DNA of 64,000 nucleotides, taken from NCBI GenBank assembly GCA_022813865.1, contig JALDZX010000023.1, forward strand, positions 248,001-312,000, written 5' to 3'. Both the position numbers and the translations under genes were made by a program. Below the pieces are notes generated by a model. It was not told where the DNA came from. It searched no databases and saw only the letters and a program-made list of their open reading frames with translations. Of the stretch, positions 24,104 through 34,261 are shown piece by piece (positions within the stretch are counted from its first letter, which is position 1; the number at the start of each line of letters is the position of its first letter). This stretch comes from Xylographa opegraphella. Taxonomy: Eukaryota.

Positions 24104-26042
24104 ATGGACACTGAAGACGAGAAACATGAGCATGCGCCGACCTTCGATGCGGGACTCACAGCACAGCATGTTCAAGAGCTTATCGACACAAACAAGGCGC
24201 TTCGGGAAAGCGTTATCAACATCGCAGCTCTGCTTCGAGAACAATCTAAAGGCAGTGCTTACCCTCGCCGTACAGACAGTGGGATAGACGCCGAGGAACT
24301 CTCTCGATATACGCAGGATAGCCGGTTCAGTCAATTGCAGCAGACCATCCCTGGCGCAGGCTTGAACCGGGCAAGTCGTAAACGGCGATACGAAAAACAA
24401 TGGCAGGAGGTTGTTCATATGTCGTCCGAGGCGATTGAGAATGAACGTGTGCAACGAAGACAGGCATACGAAGGTGATTCTTGTTCGATCCTACGTACCC
24501 TTTCGGCAGTCAACTGATCACTTCCTAGATCATTGGACCCCACCGAAGCTTGATGACAAAACTGTTCACTTGACCGAGTCCTGCCCTACCTTACTTCCCT
24601 ACGATGATCCATGGTGGGACATTGTATCGTGTACACTGAGAGAGGTTTCAATGGACGACCAACCTCAGTCGCGGAAGTTTGATACCGCGCTGCATAGTGG
24701 TCTTCATCACGACCTTTTCATTGCACTCTTTGGATCGGAATTTAACTACAAGTGGTGCGATGCTCCACGGGCTGCATTTGAAGAGTCAAGAAGGTTTCGA
24801 CTTGGTCAGATTGTGCGGAAGCTGCAAGACACCGGAGCTGTGGCTTATTTTGGCAAGGACTTTGCCCAAGTATTGATCGAGATTGCCGAGTGGACGAAGA
24901 TGGTTTGGGTCCGAAAACCGGAGGGTCTGCAGAACCTCGAAGGCTTGAGAATACATTGCTATCGTCGCAAAGTTCTCCCTCAACCGCCGCCATCCGAGTA
25001 TCGAGATGCAGAGCGACAAAATGAAGGACTTCTTGCAATTATTTACGCTCTCGATCTAAGGAAGTGGTGGACGAATGGCGCCCCATGGGAGCGAGTAGTC
25101 AGAGACATAGATACAGACACGGTTCCACTGGACGCCTTGATTTCGCTCGTCGATCAACTCACAGGCTGGAATGAAAAGAGTATGTCGAGATTCTACAGTA
25201 CCGAACCCTCGAAGGACATGAGCGTTGACCCTGGGGATGTCAATTCGAGGGCTCTTCGCGACCTTGGCGATCTCCAAATCGTATGGACAGCCGAGCTGGA
25301 CATGCATCTGCGGATCAGCTTGGACGGAAGGAAACTGTACGTTTTCCAGTACCCAACATGGTTGATCGGCCGCCGCTTCCACGACAATACGTCTGCCTAT
25401 GGTGATCAGGGCGACGCCGCTGAGTCGAACAAGGTTTTTCACGACCTGGCTGAAACATACGCCCTTCTGTTCGGCCCCAGCATAACGAGAGAGACGAAGC
25501 AGCTCCGCGACGTGCTCCTCAACACCGACTGCAAGGCCTACTTTCTCGGCGTGCCACTGTGGCGGGCCATCCCCACCTGCCACCCCATCACGCACGACAA
25601 AATACTCCTCCACCCCGAATACGCACCCACGCGATTCTTCCTCGACAATTTCCGCACCATCGGTCTCCCCTACAGCATGGAGGACCCCGCAGCGGGCTTC
25701 CGCGCCCGCAAAAGCACCATCGCGGATGCGCTGCGCCGCTCGCAGCCCTACCACGACGACATGGCCATCATCATGCTCGCCATCATCCGCTACTATCCCC
25801 TCTCCGGCAGCTTCAACTGGTCGGGCTCCCGCTTCGAGGGCCAGCTGCGCGTGCTCAAGGCCTTTATGGATGGCAAGAAGCCTCGCAATATCGCGCAGCT
25901 GTGGAAGGATGCCCGGGACGCTACGTCGTGGTGGACGTTTTGGGCCGTTTTGTTCTTTGGCATCGTTTCCATCTTGTTGGCGCTTGGCTCGTTGGTCGTG
26001 GGTATCGTGCAGACTGTGGGCACTTTTCAGGCGCTCGGTTGA
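24104..26042 (+). CDS. Uncharacterised fungal protein with C-terminal TM helix; intron 24474-24528
   Basis: Two ORFs join in phase 1. The motifs LQIVWTAELDMHL and QLWKDARDATSWWTFWAVLFFG are typical of a widespread ascomycete hypothetical family. Confidence 0.8.
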
Positions 26043-26762
26043 GGGGCTCTGGGTGGCGTTGTGGGGATTCGTGGTTGTTGTATGCAGTGTAGATAATTCG
26101 CTTTACTGGGGCAATTGTTCTTGACTGGTATATCTGTCATCGCTGCGCTACCCCGTCACGATGTCACAGTCTATATGTACATTTCACATACCCTGCTACC
26201 TTGTCGACCACACGCCCGCACCCATTCTGCCCACTATATATAATCGGAGATCACCACCTCGCTAACACTCATCACCAACCTTCCACGCTAGACCCCTATT
26301 TATCCAGCGCCCATACAGACATCTTGCACGACATCGTCCACAGTGGGTAAATGATGAAATGCTGGACAAGCAAAATCTCAAGGAAGCGTAACCAGTTACG
26401 CACCTTCCCACCTTTCCCTAGTGCCACCCACTCATCCACAGCGCCCCCGGGCGAATTGTGACATCGCAGAGCAGGTATTCGTACCATACCGTCGTGCGAC
26501 AAAGCGCAGATATCGAATCGTCAACAGGGGGGGAAGCAGCCCCGCTGACTTTATCGCGAAACGCAGACTCCCGACTCCGGGCTTCATGAGCACGAACGCC
26601 CTAGTACGGTCGACAGAAGAGCTCACATCCCACTCGCTTGAAACAGAACAACGCCAGATCCAAGTTATGCTTTCGAGCCAGCTTTTCCCAACGGAATGGT
26701 CCCAGCAAGAGGAACGGGTATCGTCAATCATCATTACATCCGAGATTTCAATATATAGTACA

Positions 26763-28738
26763 CTACTTCGCAGCAAGCTTCTTCGGCGCCGGAGCCACCT
26801 TCGGCTTCGCGGCAACATTCTTGGGAGCCGGTTTGGCTTTCGGCTTGATCGCCAATTTTGGAGGTCCGCGATCGGAAACGGAACTCGCGCTCGACGAGCC
26901 GTTGGAGGAGGTGGTGCTGGAAGAGCTTGCGGTGGAAGAGCCTGTGCTCAATGATTTTGGTAGTTGCTTCGCGGGTGGTTTCTTTGCTGGCGGTGGCTGT
27001 TCCTTGCCAGCAGGTTTCCTTGCCGGTGGTACCTGTTGCTTGGCAGCAGGTTTTCTGGCAGCGGGTCTTGTGACTGGTGTCAGTGTCTGTGCCTTGGCAG
27101 CTGGCTTTAATCGCGCCGGGGCTTTCGGCGCAACTGTCGGAGGAGGTTTGACCTCTAGTTTCTTTGGCTTCGCTGGCTGCTTGACCGCCGGAGCGGCGTT
27201 CTTCTGCGTCGCGCCGATCGTCGGAGCTGTTTTGGGAACTTTGGCGGGTGCTTCGATAAGCAGAGGCCGTTGAGCAGTGCCACTTTTCAGAAGCGCGTTC
27301 CGGTTGGTGACTTTTTTGCTGGCACGTTTCTTTGCCTGGAGCAAGGTCTTGTTGACTCCGTCCGTGGCTGCCTTCTTGTTCGTGCCTGCAATATGGTTGT
27401 TCTGGACAGCTGTAGATAATTGTTTCTGGAGAAGCTGCAACTTCTTTCCCATGGCGTCGGTGTCGATGGAGGGTAGTGTCATGTTCGGCAATGAATCGTA
27501 GAACGTGTATAGTATGAGAGCGAACAAACCGATCGGTGCGAATATTTGCAAGAACTCATACCATTTAAATGCTTTCACTTCCGTCTCAATATAACCCGCG
27601 CCTCGGCGAATTGTTCCGTCGGGTAGCTTGTCAATTCCATCATCGGCTGGGAATCGTCCGGTGCGTAGGTAACCATTGATAAGCATATCCTTTTCATGCC
27701 ACCGAGACCTAAGCCAATGTTCGAAAGCCTTCGCGTCATTGAATGGTATAGTAGACACGGCAAAGCGCCGCCAGTACATGTTCACTGATTTTGGTGGTTG
27801 ACCTTTTAGATATGCTTGCTGAATAGTGAAAATGTCTTGAGCATATTGCCCATGTCTAATGCAATTAGCCTAGTGCTCCAATGGAAAGCTCGACGCGAGA
27901 TTCCAACGTACTTGACGCCCTCATAGGCAATAGTACAGTCGTAAATATAAGGTACTGTTCTTTGCAACTGCTGCAGACAAAACTGGAGCCCTGTGCTCCG
28001 AGGTAATAGGAGGTGGTGCATATCCGTGATTCCCTGCGTCTCCGCCCAGAGTGCACTCCTTTGTCTCGTATCAGGCGCAAGATTAGTACCTTCGGGGAAG
28101 ATAAGCAACCACATTGGATCGGCAGGATTATTGAGCTTCTGTAGATGTGCCGCCAGATGAGGCTTGTCCTTTTCCCAGTTCCGTTTCATGAAGATAAATT
28201 GCGAGAGCTGAATGCCCCATCCGATGACCGGAATACTTTTCAGCGACTCCTTCAAAATGATATAGATTCGGCCGTGCATCCCATTCGTGTACGCTATCCA
28301 CCATAAATATAGCCAGTCCGTATAGATCTGATGTATTTTAGCTCACTCACTTTAAGAAAGTTTTGGATCCATACCTGATGGTTTGCAATGAGTACCAGCC
28401 TTTCGGGGAAGTTGCAATAAAGACCCCCATCCACCGTCTTTAACAACTGTCCCCGAACGCTTTTATCGCCACTTATTCTTATTACTGTCGGTGCCCACCA
28501 TTGCGTCAGGGTCGTTGTCAGGAGACCGAATGACTGTTTCGTAAAAGCTATCCAAGCATTGTACCAATCCTCATTCATCAAGTAAATTGGGCCTCCGATA
28601 ATCTGCGATGCGACAACTCTATACGATCTAGTTAGCAAGGACAAGATGTTGCAATTCAGTACATCCGCAAGCATACGCAAGACAACCCGACACGAAGTAA
28701 GTTCCAGAGGCTACCGCCTTTGCTATCTGGTCGGCCAT
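26763..28738 (-). CDS. PlsC/LPLAT-family lysophospholipid acyltransferase (Cst26/LCLAT1-like) with long Lys/Pro/Ala-rich C-terminal extension; 3 introns
   Basis: LIANHQ|IYTDWLYLWW, YIILKESLKSIPVIGWG, FIFMKRNWEKD, WLLIFPEGT, HLLLPRSTG, VNMYWRRF; the tail after a TM helix is K/P/A-rich. Confidence 0.9.
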
Positions 28739-29038
28739 TGTTCTCACACTCGAAAGGAAAACGACCTGGCTACTTCAGACGCAACATGAAGCGAGGGCGT
28801 TCACGAAGTTCTATCCCGTTCAGGATGATGACCAAGCGATGAAGGTCATTTGCTGGCGTGGTTATGTCCTCGTTGTCGGACAAGAGCATATGGCGCGCTT
28901 CCATTCCTGGTTGCGATGATTGGAGAACGCCGTCATAATTCTTTAATGTGGAGAGAGCTTCCCTGCGCAAGACCGGCGATCCTTGCACCGCCACACATCC
29001 AGCTATTGAACTTTGGGCGAAACCTTTACGTACCACGG

Positions 29039-29133
29039 ATGACGTCGTTGACGTCACTTTTAGCCTCTTCCAAGAATCCTGCTAACAAGCACACGACCAT
29101 GGCACGGTGCGGATAGACCCTTTTAAGACGTCA
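29039..29133. promoter_or_regulatory. Three CRE/ATF-like bZIP sites in a divergent promoter
   Basis: TGACGTCG (29040-47), TGACGTCA (29049-56) and TGACGTCT on the minus strand (29126-33). Confidence 0.5.
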
Positions 29134-29222
29134 ACCTCCATGGTTTTTAGCCACACTTCCATATCTTCAACTGCCCTCCTGAATTCCATCACACCACATC
29201 TGCTCTATATGCAAACTTCATA

Positions 29223-29552
29223 ATGCCCAACATCTCCTTTGACATCTTCTTCCAGGACGACATCATCAATCTTACTGCTACCAGGTCTTCCGGCTCTGCA
29301 CCCAAGGTCAAGCCCGGTTGGAAAGTCCGGACTGCCCCCAAGCTCCCGCCGAAGGAGCCTGTTCAGCCCAAGACTGCTGTGTTTGGCAAGCCAGAACAGA
29401 AGAAATTGACAGCACCTGCTCCCAAAACCGCCCCCAAGCCTGCTCCCAAGGCCAAGGAGACCCCTGCATTAAACGGCGAGACCAAGAAGCCTGCCGAAGC
29501 CAAGAAGATTCCCAAGCTCCCCCCAAAGGCGAAGCCTACACCGAAGGCATAA
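29223..29552 (+). CDS. Small Lys/Pro/Ala-rich orphan protein (109 aa)
   Basis: ATG-initiated ORF with strong coding-like codon use (AAG, CCC, GCC); short ordered N-terminus (ISFDIFFQDDIINLT) followed by PK-rich disorder. Confidence 0.8.
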   Translation: MPNISFDIFFQDDIINLTATRSSGSAPKVKPGWKVRTAPKLPPKEPVQPKTAVFGKPEQKKLTAPAPKTAPKPAPKAKETPALNGETKKPAEAKKIPKLPPKAKPTPKA

Positions 29553-29684
29553 AAATCTGCGCATCTATAATTGAGCAGCTCGTCGGGAAAGCCGAGTAAA
29601 AAGACCTAGGATCATTTCAAACACCAATTGAACGTTTCGACGCTGGATTCTTCGATTGTAAAAGACATTACACAACTTAGCAAA

Positions 29685-30347
29685 ATGGCAACCGAGTGGG
29701 TTACTGGCATGATTTCCAACGCTGTATCAGGGGCAATTTCAGGTACTGTGGCTACTGCGGGCAACTACGCGGGCAGTGCTCTAGCTGGAGTCGGTAACGG
29801 TATCAACGGCGTGGGCGAGAGTATCAATGGCACTATACGAAATTACGGTGACGGTGCGAAAGACTATGGCAATTACGTCAAGGACTGGACCAAGGCGCCT
29901 GGAGCAAGAGTACAAACTTCAAGGAATCCGCTAGGATTGGCCGACAGTCCAGCCATCAATTATACTCCGCCCAAATCTCAAGCAAAGAAGGCTCTACCAG
30001 CGCCCTCCAATGGACCAGCTTCGAAGCCTTCTTCCGCCACCAAATCGAGCCCAGCACCAAAATCTGCACCGAGTTCAAAATCGGCCCCTGCATTCAAGCC
30101 CTCCGCAGCGGTAAAGTCGCCAGCAGCATCAAAACTATCTTCGGCAAACAATGCTCCCTTCAAGTCCAACCCGGCACCCTCTGGTGCTAAGACAGGGACA
30201 ACCAAAGCCTCAGGGGCATCGCAGGCCGCTACTGGCAAGGGCGGTATCTCCAAACAGTCAATGCCGTCAAAATCCGTAGGGAAAAAAGCTGCGCAGTCCA
30301 AGCCTAGTGCCACGTCAGCAAAGAACCCTCTCGGGCTGGGATTCTAG
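29685..30347 (+). CDS. Orphan protein: Gly/Asn-rich amphipathic N-terminus plus Lys/Pro/Ala/Ser-rich tail with repeated NPLGL
   Basis: ATG in good context (CAAAATGG); 220-aa ORF; NPLGL occurs at about residue 82 and at the C-terminus. Confidence 0.82.
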   Translation: MATEWVTGMISNAVSGAISGTVATAGNYAGSALAGVGNGINGVGESINGTIRNYGDGAKDYGNYVKDWTKAPGARVQTSRNPLGLADSPAINYTPPKSQAKKALPAPSNGPASKPSSATKSSPAPKSAPSSKSAPAFKPSAAVKSPAASKLSSANNAPFKSNPAPSGAKTGTTKASGASQAATGKGGISKQSMPSKSVGKKAAQSKPSATSAKNPLGLGF

Positions 30348-30801
30348 GATGTCAGCATCAGGTTGAAGGGTTTATATCAGGCCATTCTCTGGAAGATATC
30401 TTGTATTCTGAATACTCGAATAGTATGTGAATTATAGTGTGTACTTGTACTAAGACTTGTCCTGAAACCTTCGTGAATGTACCAGTCGAGTTCTGGATTT
30501 CTGATTGGCTAATCTGTTGTGATGGTATAACTTGTTAAGAGGATATATACGCTCTTTAGGGATATGAAACGAATCAAATATCACGCTTGGTACATAGTAG
30601 TTCATCAGTTATTGCCACAAATATACCCCGTGACTGCTTTTTTCGTGTAATGGTAGTCCTAGATCTACATCACAAACAAACATGGATCAAACCCTGCAAA
30701 CAACAACGTCATCTGCCCCAGATATTCAACCGCCAAATAATTCCTCTTCGAAAACCACCACACCTTAACAAGCCACGATCTTCCCCCCTACTCCTTCCAA
30801 A

Positions 30802-31350
30802 ATGGCCACCTTCATCCTCCCGACCCTCCACGCCGGCCAAGCCCTCCTCAGCGGCTACGGCCTCTACACCTCCTACACCTCCATCACCAACCTTCAGCAA
30901 TACGAGTCCACCTCCGAGAAAGCCGCCGAATACCTCTCCGCCGCTGCGCACCAGCTCCACAAAACACGCACCACCCAAGCCTCCGGCGCCCTCGCCGTAA
31001 GTTTTTCCCTCGGCCCTCAAAAGAACACCCCCCCTCCCCCAACAGACTGACCTCCATCTTAGATCCTCACCTCCCTCCTCACTTCCCTCGCCCTCCTCGC
31101 TCTTCCAGCTTCACTCTCCGCCCCCACCGCTGCAGCCGTCAATGTCTCCGTCGCGGGCTTGGCGCTCGCGGCCATGCTGCATGTGGGAAATTTCTGGCGC
31201 GGTAAGGCGCGGGTGCCGTTCGTGGAGGGCTATAATGAGGGGATGAGGCGGACTGAGGAGTTAAGGAGGGTGTTGGGCTGGTTGGCGATGAGTTGGGCGG
31301 CTACTGGGGTGGGGGGGTTGGTGCAGGCGGTGTGGGCGGAGGAGGGGTGA
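30802..31350 (+). CDS. Small multi-pass membrane protein; intron 30997-31062
   Basis: A GTAAGT..CTGAC..TAG intron joins two ORFs in frame; hydrophobic segments and HVGNFWRGKARVPFVEGYNE. Confidence 0.8.
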
Positions 31351-32078
31351 TGGTCGGGTGGGGAGGTGCTATAGCTAAGGGGCGTGGGAGAGATGTGTAG
31401 ACTCTGGGGTTGGTGGGGAAGGTGTCGACGAATGTGAATCTAAAGAGCGCCCTGGACTGCTGCGCCCTGTGGTGTATATATGCGGTAGCGGGACATTGGT
31501 GAGGTATAGAAACTATGGTGGAGCTCTGCTCCGGGTCTCCTGGCTGTTGGGTGATTGCTGTCAGAGGAAGAGCTTGGCGGGCGTACAGATGAGATTCTTA
31601 CGATGTGCTACAGGATAGGAAACCAATTGATGATGCTGGGCCTTGCTGGAGCCGTTGAATCCGTCGGGGGCAAAGATTCTCGTCTGCTCAGCGTATCTTC
31701 GTGTTCGGTGGATGGAAAGATGCGTCTTGGTGATCAGGTGTACGTAACTGTGAGCCAATGGGGAAGTACTTTCTATAAGAGGGAATCGTATCGAACATTT
31801 ACCATGCTATGCTTGTGCAATTTGTTTCTAATAAAGCTTTCGACCGGCCTATGGTCTTGTTTCTTGATCTACTCTCGAATGGTTTTAACCTCCACCTGCG
31901 ATTTAAGGCTCAACTGTTTGTTAACTCTGATGAAATCATTATATACACGTCCTAATTCAAAGAGATTGGATTATATGACAGCGTTAGCACCCCAACCACA
32001 CGTCCTCGGGCATCTCAACCGAACAGCAACGGTCACCCCACCTGAAAAGACTTCATCAATTCCTCGAGCGTTCTCAAC

Positions 32079-32960
32079 CTACAAAAGCGTATAAACGGCC
32101 GCCAGGACGAACGCTCCCAGACCCGACACCAGAGTCCCAACCTGCATTGCCTTTGCAGCGCCCGACTTGGGCGTCACTGTGCCGGACGGCGTGCCCGAAG
32201 CTGCGCTCGCGGAGGGCGTCATCGACGAGCCTGGCATGCTGGTCTGTGACGAGCCGTCGGCGGTCGCGGACGAGAGGACGGAATCGGTTGCGGTCGGTGC
32301 GGACGAGCCGCCCGTCGTCGGGGCCGCGAGCGCCAGAGTGGAGGAGCTGGGCGGAGACTCGCCCTGGTCGACGTAGATATTGCCCGTGGTGCCGTTCGGC
32401 CAGGAGTAATCCCCGGTGACCAAGTCGAGGTCGTAGCCATCGGCGCCGAAGTAGGTGCCGTTGTCGGCGAAGTAGACGGAGCCGTCGGCGAAGAACCAGC
32501 GCGTGTCGGATGGGTCCTGTCCGGTGCTGTTAACACGGGCTCGGGCAAGAAAAGGGAGAGCGATGTGCAAGGTGGAGAAGGGTCGGGCAGGACATACGTA
32601 GCAGAACGGCACGTTGTACTCCGTCCAGATGCGGCATTCCACCGGGGCCGGGCGGCAGCACAAGGCGATGTTCTGCCGCTCGGCGATGCTGCGGAGCATC
32701 ACTCTCCGGCCGCTGTCGCCGGGATCCGATACTTGGATCGGATCGCCGGCCACGCCCTGGACGTCGGATGGGAACCCAATTCCACCGCTCAGCAGGTTTG
32801 GAGGGAGTGTCGCGCCGAAGCCTCCGCCGCCGCCGCCGCCGCCGCCGGAATTGGTCTGTGGAGGGCAGGGGTAGTAGTCGGGGTTGTTGCAGCCATCGTA
32901 GGCGTGCACCTGAGAGGCGGAGAAGAGGAGCGATGCGGCTGCTAGGAGGTGCAGCATCAT
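32079..32960 (-). CDS. Secreted, probably GPI-anchored Cys-containing cell-surface protein; probable intron 32517-32597
   Basis: Signal peptide, poly-Gly, CC..C..C domain, Y/F-D-G repeats, Ser/Thr stalk, KSGA omega-like site and a hydrophobic C-terminus. Confidence 0.85.
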   Translation of the reverse strand: MMLHLLAAASLLFSASQVHAYDGCNNPDYYPCPPQTNSGGGGGGGGGFGATLPPNLLSGGIGFPSDVQGVAGDPIQVSDPGDSGRRVMLRSIAERQNIALCCRPAPVECRIWTEYNVPFCYVCPARPFSTLHIALPFLARARVNSTGQDPSDTRWFFADGSVYFADNGTYFGADGYDLDLVTGDYSWPNGTTGNIYVDQGESPPSSSTLALAAPTTGGSSAPTATDSVLSSATADGSSQTSMPGSSMTPSASAASGTPSGTVTPKSGAAKAMQVGTLVSGLGAFVLAAVYTLL

Positions 32961-34261
32961 TGGTACTACTGTTTGCTTTTGCTCAAACTTGAGAATCGGG
33001 GGGGCAACGACAACTTGTGCTTTTGTGGATAATTCCGTGTGCCTCTCTCTCGTCTTTATTCATAGAGAGGAAATCGAGAGGCGGATGGGGGCACGGCAAG
33101 GCTTTGTATAGGCTCGCCCTCCGCTCAGCCGCATCTTCGACACACACAGGGTCCATGACTTCCTAGAACCGGAGCGGTCAATATGTTTAGGGTACCAGAC
33201 TTTGCCAAAAGTCCGCTGACCTCCAGAGCCTCAGTCGGCACCAGGTGGCTTCCAATAGCTTCATTGTCGGAATCAGGACTTCACATAAACAATGGGCTAG
33301 AATGCCTCTCCTCCCCCGGTTGGCGGGCATTCCCCAGGACCCGGCAGCGCGAGTGAAAAGCCCACCGACCGAGATGAAAGGCCGAATCCGAAGCGCTAGG
33401 CAGCCATCGTGGCAAGCCCTCGAAGCAGGGCTCTACTACCGGTCCTCAAGCACTTTCGACACCCAGTTACCTCCGTAGCTTTCACGTTCGCGAGGCGGCA
33501 TCCGGGGGATCGAGACCGTAGCCACGAAAAGCCAAGAGATAGAGCTAAACCGGTGCTTGGGACCGTTTCGGGCAAGCTTGCTTTCAGCCCAGCTGGACAC
33601 ACGTCGCTTAGCGCTGGCTGTTCTGGGGACTTCGGAGCTATTTCCACTGCATGGCTTCAGGGGGCTTTAGGCGGTCGTATCAGGGCGCTAATGGTGTTTA
33701 GTGCCTCTTTGGGGCTGATCGAGGCTTTTTTCTTCACGTCGGGAATGCTTCGTCCGAGGATTATGCTGCGGGCTCTGCGGCTCTTGAGATGGGTTGTCCT
33801 TTCTGCGAGGTCTGTAGATCGAGTACGCCTCTGTCGACCTAGGTTGTTTTTTCCAGGAGACTTTGATTGGGATGTACAGTGTTTTCTCTCGTGGTGTGCC
33901 TTTGTCTTCATCGACCGTAGTCCTGGGGATCGCTTCGACGTGCTGTGAATGATGCGAGAATTGCAAGAAGACCCAGGTCGGAAACAATGCGAGCATAAGT
34001 TCATTGGGCTTGATTTCCAGCTTCAGGACTCCGCCGTCGATCTCAATGGTCGTGTTGCAGTTGATGAGATACCGTGTCGAACAACCAAAAAGGCTAAGGT
34101 ATTCTTGTCTACCCTGATTCTATGCGGCATTTCGAATGACCGCAGGGACACAAGAGCGCTGGGTTCAAAAGACCTAGTCAAAGTGGTTGATGGATTTTGT
34201 GGCCTGCTCTATGTCTATGATCCTATAAACAAAGTCTCATGCATACATCTGACACTTCCTC

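Noticed and set aside
33245..34260. Overlapping 100-180 aa ORFs on both strands
   Set aside because: No motif, splice pattern or codon bias supporting a gene.
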